Shown here in pieces: positions 1-6,216 of a DNA stretch of 14,999 nucleotides; within the stretch, counting starts at the first letter, position 1; each line of letters starts with the position of its first letter. The notes under the pieces were generated by a model, which saw nothing but the letters and a program-made list of their open reading frames with translations, was not told the origin of the DNA and did not search any database. The position numbers and the translations under genes are program-made. The DNA lies in the NCBI GenBank assembly GCA_050117845.1, contig JASFLY010000042.1, positions 1-14,999 on the forward strand, in the 5' to 3' direction. The DNA is from Candidatus Zixiibacteriota bacterium (GTDB lineage: Bacteria > RBG-13-66-14 > B26-G2 > WVWN01).

Positions 1-300
1 GCGGCCCACGCTCGTCGGCAGGCCCCGAACGTCGACGCGAGCGGCGTGGAACGGGAGGCCGAGGGCGGCGGCCTGTCGCCGCACGAAGGCCGCGTCTTCG
101 GCGCTGTCGGGCCGGAGCGCGTGGTCGAGGTGCCCCGCGGCGAGACGCCAACGTTGCTCGGCGGCCAGGGCGTGCAGCGCGTAGAGCAGCGCCGTGGAGT
201 CGGGGCCCCCGGACGCGGCGACCAGTACCGAAACGCCGGGCGGGAGAATCCCTTCCCGGCGGCGCCCGGCTAGTATTTCGCGCTCGAAATCGGCGTACAT
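1..300 (-). CDS. tilS: tRNA(Ile)-lysidine synthetase, N-terminal part (runs off the window edge)
   Basis: Not in the ORF track. Manual translation from ATG at 300 gives MYADFEREILAGRRREGILPPGVSVLVAASGGPDSTALLYALHALAAEQRWRLAAGHLDHALRPDSAEDAAFVRRQAAALGLPFHAARVDV. It carries the SGGxDS PP-loop and the H-x-DH-x-LR motif typical of TilS, and starts 10 nt after the PorX-like stop. Confidence 0.93.
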   Translation of the reverse strand, partial: MYADFEREILAGRRREGILPPGVSVLVAASGGPDSTALLYALHALAAEQRWRLAAGHLDHALRPDSAEDAAFVRRQAAALGLPFHAARVDVRGLPTSVGR

Positions 301-310
301 ATCTTTTCGT

Positions 311-1885
311 CTATTTGGGCGTCATGGCCACGACCGGCAGAACGAGTTCCGGCAGCGAGACGCCGCCGTGGTAGAAACCGCCCTCGAAGCGCCGGTGGTA
401 CTCGCGGAGGTGATGCGAGAAGACGAGGTGCCGGTTGCCCTGGGCCAGGACGTAGGTCTTGGCCAGGTAGTCGCCGGGCAGGCCGAATTCCTCGGGGTGG
501 CGGACCAGGAAGGCGCCGTCACCCTCGGGCCGCAGGTCCCGGCCCACCCAGTAGCGCGGCGTCTTGGTGGCGTCCTTGTCGGCGAAGACGACGGCCGGCG
601 TGTCGGTCAAGGTCGAGCCGTGGTCGGAGGTGAGGATTATTATTGCTCCCTTGTCCTCCGATATTTTGCGCAACAGCTGCTCCAGCGGGGAACCCAGGTA
701 CCAGGTGAGTGCGAGGCGGGGCAGCGCCTCCGTGGAGGGGGCCAGCGAGTCCAGAGCGCCCCCGCGGCCGGATTCGTGCGTGACGGTGTCGATGAAGTTG
801 AAGACGAAGGCCGTGAGAGGCCGCGGCGACAGCGTGTCGATTATCTTGCGCGCCTTCTTCTCCTGTTCCGGGTTAGCGAATTTGTAGTAGCGGATTTTCC
901 GGGCCTTGGGCGCGTGCCGGGCGGCGTGGTCGGAGAGGAACTGCTCCTCGTAGCGGTTCAGCGATTCGCCCAGGCCGCTCTCCTCCCGGAAGCCGTCCTT
1001 GTAGCGGGCCGCGATTTCGGCCGGCGGCTTCCCCGCGAAGAGCGCGTTCCGGGCGTAAAGCGTGGAGGAGGGCACCGCGCCGCAGTATAGCGACCGTTCG
1101 ATGCGGTAGAGTTGGGACACGCGCTCCTCGAGGAGTAGCCACTGGTCCAGCCGCAGGCAATCGACGACGATGAAATAGACCCGCCTCCCGGCCTCGACGT
1201 GCGGGAAGACGAACTCGTCCAGGATGTTCCACGAGAGAAAAGGCCGCTCCTCGTCCTCGCCCGAAACCCAGCGCGGGTAGCTCTCGCAGGCGAAGGACGC
1301 GAAGACCTGGTTGGCCTCGAGGAACAACTCGTTCTGGAGCTGCTCGAGCGCCCCCAGGTTCAACTCCTCGATGTCGCGCCGGGCCTGGCAAATTTTCGTA
1401 TACAAACCCGCCCAGTCGGCGAAGGTGGCCGCGGGGTCGTTTATAACGGCCTGCGCCTGGTTGTAATACTCTCCCCACGCCCCGACGAAGCGGTTGCGCC
1501 GCAGTCGCTCCAGGTCGAGTACCTTCTTGAGCGACGATAGGATCTGATGGGGGTTGACCGGCTTCACAAGGAAGTCGCTAATCTCGCCGAAGTACGCGTC
1601 GTCCATGAGCGTCTCTTCGGTCGATTTCGTGACCATGATGACCGGCAGCGAGGCGTCGACCGCCTTGAGTTCCCGCAGCGTCTCGATGCCGTCCATGCCC
1701 ACCATTATCTCGTCCAGGAGGACGGCGTCGAAAGGCTTCCCCTGCACCATCGCGACGGCGTCCGGGCCGTTCGTTAACGTCGTGACGCGGTAACCGCGGC
1801 TTTCCAGAAATTGGATCTGCGATTTAAGGAGGTCTATCTCGTCGTCGACCCAGAGGATCTCGGCGTGTTGTTGTTCATCTACCAT
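311..1885 (-). CDS. porX: PorX-like response regulator: receiver domain fused to a PglZ/alkaline-phosphatase-superfamily phosphodiesterase domain
   Basis: N-terminal receiver motifs WVDDE, LLDEIM (phosphoacceptor Asp), VTKS and FLVKP. C-terminal PglZ/AP-like motifs VVDCLRLDQW, PSSTLYARNALFAG, NFIDTVTH, TSDHG and FYHGGVSLPELVLP. The 524 aa length fits the PorX architecture. The gene symbol indicates family, not proven orthology. Confidence 0.88.
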   Translation of the reverse strand: MVDEQQHAEILWVDDEIDLLKSQIQFLESRGYRVTTLTNGPDAVAMVQGKPFDAVLLDEIMVGMDGIETLRELKAVDASLPVIMVTKSTEETLMDDAYFGEISDFLVKPVNPHQILSSLKKVLDLERLRRNRFVGAWGEYYNQAQAVINDPAATFADWAGLYTKICQARRDIEELNLGALEQLQNELFLEANQVFASFACESYPRWVSGEDEERPFLSWNILDEFVFPHVEAGRRVYFIVVDCLRLDQWLLLEERVSQLYRIERSLYCGAVPSSTLYARNALFAGKPPAEIAARYKDGFREESGLGESLNRYEEQFLSDHAARHAPKARKIRYYKFANPEQEKKARKIIDTLSPRPLTAFVFNFIDTVTHESGRGGALDSLAPSTEALPRLALTWYLGSPLEQLLRKISEDKGAIIILTSDHGSTLTDTPAVVFADKDATKTPRYWVGRDLRPEGDGAFLVRHPEEFGLPGDYLAKTYVLAQGNRHLVFSHHLREYHRRFEGGFYHGGVSLPELVLPVVAMTPK

Positions 1886-1890
1886 ATTGT

Positions 1891-3660
1891 TTAGTCCCCG
1901 TCTCCCTCTTTTAGTTTAAGGCCCAATTCGTCCAGCTGGGCTTCCGAGACTTCGCCCGGCGAACCGTCCATGGGCGACGCGGCCCGCAATGTCTTCGGAA
2001 AGGCGATGACCTCCCGAATGGACTCTTCGCCGCACATTATCATTATCCACCGGTCGAGGCCCGGCGCGATGCCGGCGTGGGGCGGCGTACCGTAGCCGAG
2101 CGCCCGCAGGAAAAAGCCGAAGCGCTCCTCGACGTCCTCCTCCGTGTGGCCCAGCAGCTCGAAAACCTTTCGCTGGATCGCCGGGTCGTGGATCCGGACG
2201 CTGCCGGAACCGAGCTCGACGCCGTTGACGACGACGTCGTACGCCCGGGACATCACCTCGGCCGGGGCCGTGTCGAGTTTATCCACGTCCCCGACCGCCG
2301 GCGCCGTGAACGGGTGGTGCGAGGCCGCGAGGCGGCCCGTCGCCGGGTCCACGTCGAAGAGGGGGAAGTCCGTCACCCACAGGAAGTGGAAGCCCGGCTC
2401 CTTCTCGACGTTCAAAAGTCCCGCCAGCGCCAGCCGCACCGAGCCCATCGCGCTCGCCGCCACGACGAAAGGGCCGCCGCACAGGACTATCGTATCGCCC
2501 TCGGCCGCGGCCGTCCGCGCCAGCAGTTCCACCGCCTCCTCGTCGGCCAGGAACTTGGCGATGGCGCCCGAGAGTTCTCCCCCCGGGCCGACGCGCAGCG
2601 ACGCCATGCCGCCGGCGCCCTCGGCGCGGGCCTCGGCCTCCAGTTCCTCCAGTTGTTTACGCGAGAGGCCCCCCGGCGCCCGTAGCGCGAAGACGGCGCC
2701 GCCCTGTTCGATTATCTTGCGGAATATCTCGAAGCCGGCCCCTTTGAAGATGTCGCCGACGTCCTCCAGCAGGAGGCCGAAGCGCATATCGGGTTTATCG
2801 GTACCGTAACGCGACATGGCCTCGCGCCAGCTGAGCCGGGGCCACGGCGTCGGCAGTTCGTGGCCTATGCCCTCCCGGAAGGCCGCCGCGAAGACGCCCT
2901 CCGTCATCTCGAAGATGTCCTCCTCGTCGGCGAAGGACATCTCGACGTCGAGCTGGGTGAACTCCGGCTGGCGGTCGGCGCGCTGGTCCTCGTCGCGGAA
3001 ACAGCGGGGAATCTGGAAGTAACGGTCCACGCCGGCGGCCATGAGGAGTTGCTTATACATCTGCGGCGACTGGGGTAGCGCGTAGAACTTGCCGCGGTGC
3101 ACGCGGCTGGGGACCAGGTAGTCGCGCGCCCCCTCGGGCGTGGACTTCATCAGGATGGGGGTCTCTATCTCGAGGAAACCGCGTTCGGACAGGTAGTCGC
3201 GGATGGCCTTGACCGCCCGGTGCCGGACGGCCATGTTGCACTGCATCCGTGGACGGCGAAGGTCGAGGTAACGGTACTCGAGGCGCAGGTCCTCGCTCAC
3301 GTCCAGGTCGCCCTCGCCCAGGTTGAAGGGGGGGGTCTGGGCAAGCGCAAGAACGTCGAGTTCGCGCACGTGGAGGTCGACGGCGCCGGTAGCGGCGTCC
3401 TTTCGCCGGGACTTCTCGGGCCGGAGCTTGACCTCTCCCGTAACGCGTACGACGTCCTCGCCGCGGAGTTTGGCCGCGGCCGCGTGGAGGGCCGTGTCGG
3501 CGGCCGGGTCGAAGACGATCTGTGTGAAGCCGTAGCGGTCGCGCAGGTCGTAGAAGAGAACGCCGCCTAGGTCCCGGCCCTTCCAAATCCAGCCGCAGAG
3601 CGTCGCCGTTTCGCCGACGTTATTCTCGTTCAATTCGCCGCAGGTGTGGGTTCGTTGCAT
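1891..3660 (-). CDS. aspS: aspartate--tRNA ligase (bacterial type)
   Basis: Start placed at ATG 3660 (MQRTHTCGEL), because the ORF-track extension to 3714 runs through a REP hairpin. Motifs: RDLGG..F.DLRDRYG, RLEYRYLDLRR, KSTPEGARDYLVPSR, LPQSPQ.YKQLLM, CFRDEDQRADRQPEFTQLD, HHPFT, GSVRIH, PPHAGIAPGLDR, IREVIAFPKT. Confidence 0.98.
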   Translation of the reverse strand: MQRTHTCGELNENNVGETATLCGWIWKGRDLGGVLFYDLRDRYGFTQIVFDPAADTALHAAAAKLRGEDVVRVTGEVKLRPEKSRRKDAATGAVDLHVRELDVLALAQTPPFNLGEGDLDVSEDLRLEYRYLDLRRPRMQCNMAVRHRAVKAIRDYLSERGFLEIETPILMKSTPEGARDYLVPSRVHRGKFYALPQSPQMYKQLLMAAGVDRYFQIPRCFRDEDQRADRQPEFTQLDVEMSFADEEDIFEMTEGVFAAAFREGIGHELPTPWPRLSWREAMSRYGTDKPDMRFGLLLEDVGDIFKGAGFEIFRKIIEQGGAVFALRAPGGLSRKQLEELEAEARAEGAGGMASLRVGPGGELSGAIAKFLADEEAVELLARTAAAEGDTIVLCGGPFVVAASAMGSVRLALAGLLNVEKEPGFHFLWVTDFPLFDVDPATGRLAASHHPFTAPAVGDVDKLDTAPAEVMSRAYDVVVNGVELGSGSVRIHDPAIQRKVFELLGHTEEDVEERFGFFLRALGYGTPPHAGIAPGLDRWIMIMCGEESIREVIAFPKTLRAASPMDGSPGEVSEAQLDELGLKLKEGDGD

Positions 3661-3687
3661 GGTTTCCGCTTCCGTAATTAATTGGAT

Positions 3688-3848
3688 GTGGTGTCGGATG
3701 TTACCATCCGACACGACCTACCGCCGTCAGGTGGTAACAGCTGACGGCACCCCGGGGCGTACGATTCTTACTATACCATCGGGATTTACCATCCGACCTC
3801 GGCCGGCCGTTCGTTTTTCATGTGGCGTCGGATGTTACCATCCGACGC
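3688..3848. repeat. REP cluster, family 1 (GTGG/GTGC + ~10-bp stem, TTAC loop), on the aspS side of the RAYT gene
   Basis: 3688-3714 (+) GTGGTGTCGGATG-TTAC-CATCCGACAC; 3723-3750 (-) GTGCCGTCAGCTG-TTAC-CACCTGACGGC; ~3778-3797 degenerate (+), retaining TTACCATCCGAC; 3822-3848 (+) GTGGCGTCGGATG-TTAC-CATCCGACGC. Confidence 0.92.
3770..3778 (-). promoter_or_regulatory. possible extended -10 element (TGGTATAGT) upstream of aspS
   Basis: The minus strand reads TG-G-TATAGT about 110 nt upstream of the aspS ATG. No recognisable -35. Confidence 0.3.
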
Positions 3849-3861
3849 TTCCTTTAAGTGT

Positions 3862-4404
3862 TTACCCGAAAAAAAACCTGTCGACCGGTAACGCCGAACT
3901 CCCGCCGGCGTAATCCCGTGCGCTGGAATAAGGCCAATCGTCGGGGTTCGAGCACAAACCGGCCCGTACGGGGTTCATGTGAATATAGTTTATCTTAGTT
4001 TCAAGTACTTCGGGCGAAAATATTACGACGTCGTCGAATCTAGGTTCCCATATCCGGAATTTACTGGTCCTGCCACCGGATTCTCTCAATCTCTCCAGCG
4101 ATTCGGATTTACCCTCTGCTTCTATTAGTCGGCGGATTTTATAAGCCGTAAACTTCTTAAAATCCCGCATCGCGGCGGAAAGTTTGTTCGCGCCCGGAAA
4201 AGCTATAACGAAATGAAGATGGGATGGCATTAATACGTACGCCCAAATCTCGAAGCCGTACGTCCATCGTAAGTGTTCCAACGCGGAGGTAATTATTTCG
4301 AAATAACTCCTGCCCTCTAATAGTCTTTCGTGGTTTTTGAATGAGGTCGTAATGAAGAATACGCCGCCCTCTTCCGGGAAGCGTGTCCGTCCTCGTAGCG
4401 GCAA
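3862..4404 (-). CDS. REP-associated tyrosine transposase (RAYT/TnpA-REP, Y1 HUH endonuclease)
   Basis: HUH motif YVLMPSHLHFVI, MRDFKKFTA, IWEPRFDD, and the catalytic-Tyr region NYIHMNPVRAGLC...WPYSSA. Probable TTG start at 4404 (MPLRGRTRF...) after AGGGGAGAGAG; the ORF-track start at 4494 crosses REP hairpins. GC is lower than the flanking genes, and REPs lie on both sides. Confidence 0.93.
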   Translation of the reverse strand: MPLRGRTRFPEEGGVFFITTSFKNHERLLEGRSYFEIITSALEHLRWTYGFEIWAYVLMPSHLHFVIAFPGANKLSAAMRDFKKFTAYKIRRLIEAEGKSESLERLRESGGRTSKFRIWEPRFDDVVIFSPEVLETKINYIHMNPVRAGLCSNPDDWPYSSARDYAGGSSALPVDRFFFG

Positions 4405-4425
4405 AACTCTCTCCCCTAAATAAGG

Positions 4426-4587
4426 GGCGTCAGTTGGTAACAACTGACGCCACCTGAAAACCCTGCGCTTTCGACGTGGCGTTGGGTAAGACAATACGAC
4501 GCAAACCCGGGCCGTTAAGTTTTATGTGGCGTCGGATGTTACCATCCGACGCTTCCCTGTCGGTCAGATGGTAACATCTGGCCGCAC
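4426..4587. repeat. REP cluster, family 1, upstream of the RAYT gene
   Basis: 4426-4453 (-) GTGGCGTCAGTTG-TTAC-CAACTGACGCC; 4476-4502 degenerate (+) GTGGCGTTGGGTAAGACAATACGACGC; 4526-4552 (+) GTGGCGTCGGATG-TTAC-CATCCGACGC; 4561-4587 (-) GTGCGGCCAGATG-TTAC-CATCTGACCG. Confidence 0.92.
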
Positions 4588-4603
4588 CCGAAACCCTTCC
4601 GGC

Positions 4604-4632
4604 ATTATACCCCAAACGGCTGTTTCGGTAAA
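4604..4632 (-). promoter_or_regulatory. putative sigma70 promoter driving RAYT and possibly aspS-porX-tilS
   Basis: Minus strand TTTACC (4632-4627), 17 nt spacer, TATAAT (4609-4604), immediately after the terminator of the upstream operon. Confidence 0.6.
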
Positions 4633-4657
4633 GCGAAAGGGCGGCCGGAGCCGCCCC
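4631..4657 (-). terminator. probable intrinsic terminator of the helicase-VanZ-exonuclease-lipoprotein operon
   Basis: Hairpin GGGCGGC-N4-GCCGCCC (4639-4656) followed on the minus strand by TTTCGCTTT, about 30 nt after the lipoprotein stop. Confidence 0.6.
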
Positions 4658-4686
4658 TGTAGAAAGCTTTATGGCGCGGCCTCGCG

Positions 4687-5037
4687 TTACTTGAGGTCCT
4701 TGTTCGCGATGTCCTCGGCGATTTCCTCCAGCCGCTTGCCCTTGACTTCCATTTCCTTCTCTATCTCGGCGACGCGTTTTTCCTTCTCGGCCTCGCTCAT
4801 GTTCGGGTCGAGCGTGACCTCCATGAGTTCTTTCGTAAGTTCCTCGATGTCCTTATTGAGCTGCTGGATCTCTTCCTCGTGTTCCTTCGCGGCCTTGACG
4901 TCCGGGATGCCCGAGTCCTCCATCCCCGGTATGACGTCCAGGTCGGTCTTCTCGGCGCAGCCCTTGCAGCATCCGGCCATAAAAAGCGCGCCCGTGCACA
5001 TTCCCAAAATTACAATAAAGGCGGTAGCGTTTTTCAC
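4687..5037 (-). CDS. hypothetical lipoprotein with a charged coiled-coil body
   Basis: Signal peptide with a lipobox-like FMAG-C, followed by CKGC and a Glu/Lys-rich heptad region. The SD AGGAGG directly abuts ATG 5043, so GTG 5037 (6 nt spacing) is the likelier start. Confidence 0.7.
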   Translation of the reverse strand: MKNATAFIVILGMCTGALFMAGCCKGCAEKTDLDVIPGMEDSGIPDVKAAKEHEEEIQQLNKDIEELTKELMEVTLDPNMSEAEKEKRVAEIEKEMEVKGKRLEEIAEDIANKDLK

Positions 5038-5047
5038 TCTCATCCTC

Positions 5048-5830
5048 CTAGGTTGAAGGGCCGAGGCCGGCGCACGCGCCGTTCTCCCGGCGGCAGTTGC
5101 GTTCGTATATGATCTCGGCGAGTCTTACCAGGTTCTCCGTGTCGGCGGCGTTGTAGCGCAAAAGCGTCTCTAGCGCGCCCGGCCGCCCCCGCTGGTGGTC
5201 CTGCCATAGACGGACCGCGGCGTAGCCGTCCAGGCCGTCCACGTCGTCGTCGCGGGCGATGTCGAACTGCTTCTCGACCTTCTTCAGGCCGCCCCGGATG
5301 CCCACTCGCCGGGCGGCGAAGCACAGGTCGTAGTGGGGATACTCGAACTGCAGATACGAGAATTCCTTTTTGAGGAAGGGGACGTCGAAGCTCGCGCCGA
5401 AGAACGTGACGAGCAGCTTGACGCCCTCGAGGGCGGCGTCGATGGCGTCCCCCGTGAGGTCGCGGCCCGCCACGAGCTGGGTCAGTCCCCGCTTCGGCCG
5501 GTAGATGCCGACGACGGTGGTCTCGTCGTCCGGCGGCGGTACGCCCGTGGTCTCGATGTCCAGGAAGGCCGCGTGGTCCCGGAAGACGTCGTAGAGGCGC
5601 CAGGACTCGTTGCGGGGGAGGCGCTCGTAGAAGAACTTCTCGTCCCGGCGCGTGAGCGCGTCGCGCCACCGGCCTATCTCGTCCGCCCACACCGTGTTGC
5701 GGATCTCGGAGGCGAAGCTGGCGCCCCCGCCGGCCAGAAAGTCGTCCCAACACTTGACGCCGTCGCGCCAGATGCGCCGCTCGGTGTGCGGCCCTATGCC
5801 GTTAAGTATGCGAAAGGTCCGTCGTATCAC
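5048..5830 (-). CDS. RNase_H_2 family (YprB-like) DEDD 3'-5' exonuclease with an N-terminal HhH-like segment
   Basis: GTG start at 5830 overlaps the VanZ stop (GTGA). The protein begins MIRRTFRILNGIGPHTERRIWRDG and has ExoI FLDIETTG, ExoII TFFGASFDVPFL, HYDL, GGLKKVEKQFDIAR and ExoIII YNAADT. The ORF-track N-terminus back to 6187 is off-frame overlap with the VanZ gene. Confidence 0.88.
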   Translation of the reverse strand: MIRRTFRILNGIGPHTERRIWRDGVKCWDDFLAGGGASFASEIRNTVWADEIGRWRDALTRRDEKFFYERLPRNESWRLYDVFRDHAAFLDIETTGVPPPDDETTVVGIYRPKRGLTQLVAGRDLTGDAIDAALEGVKLLVTFFGASFDVPFLKKEFSYLQFEYPHYDLCFAARRVGIRGGLKKVEKQFDIARDDDVDGLDGYAAVRLWQDHQRGRPGALETLLRYNAADTENLVRLAEIIYERNCRRENGACAGLGPST

Positions 5831-6216
5831 GTTTCGTTCTCCGCCCGTGTCGGGCGGCCGGTGAAGGCCCAGAGGTACGCCAGCGCGCCGGCCACGCCGC
5901 CGGCGAGGTCGCAGGCCAGGTCCACCACGTCCGCGGTGCGGGTGGGTACGAAGCTTTGAATCATTTCGGTCCCGACGCCCACCACCGCCACCGTGAAGAA
6001 GGCCACGACGAAAGCGAAGGTGCCGCCCCGCCGTACGGCCCCGGCGATGGCCCGGGCCGCGAGCGCCCCCAGCAGCGCGTAGGCGGCGGCGTGGCGAACC
6101 TTGTCGATGCTGAGCGAGGCCGGTTGGGGCGACTCGGGCAGGGAGAGGAACGCGAAGGTAAACAGCACCCCCACCCAGGCGGCCCACGGTAGATAATACA
6201 ACTTAAAATCTCTCAC
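5827..6216 (-). CDS. VanZ family membrane protein
   Basis: GTG start at 6216 overlaps the helicase stop (GTGA). About four hydrophobic segments, with DKVRHAAAY, TEMIQSFVPTRTAD and DLACDLAG, matching the VanZ-like DK..H / E..Q...P.R / D...D(N)..G pattern. Confidence 0.88.
   Translation of the reverse strand: MRDFKLYYLPWAAWVGVLFTFAFLSLPESPQPASLSIDKVRHAAAYALLGALAARAIAGAVRRGGTFAFVVAFFTVAVVGVGTEMIQSFVPTRTADVVDLACDLAGGVAGALAYLWAFTGRPTRAENET

Larger units (their letters stand above)
3688..4587 (-). mobile_element. RAYT-REP module (REPtron-like)
   Basis: RAYT gene with four related REP hairpins on each side, located immediately upstream of aspS. Confidence 0.8.

Noticed and set aside
311..1885. PglZ domain as evidence of a BREX defence system
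   Set aside because: The domain is fused to a receiver (PorX architecture) within a housekeeping run, and no brxC, pglX or brxL genes are nearby.
3661..3714. ORF-track N-terminal extension of aspS
   Set aside because: It is translated from a REP hairpin; the conserved AspRS N-terminus begins at ATG 3660.
3688..4587. Repeated ~27-bp palindromes as a CRISPR array
   Set aside because: The copies occur in both orientations with irregular spacing, flank a RAYT gene, and no cas genes are present. They fit REPs.
4405..4615. RAYT extension to 4494 and the small ORF 4430-4615
   Set aside because: Both run through REP hairpins. An SD-preceded TTG at 4404 fits typical RAYT length better.
5827..6216. 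VanZ gene as a glycopeptide resistance locus
   Set aside because: VanZ-like proteins are widespread, and no van cluster genes are present.
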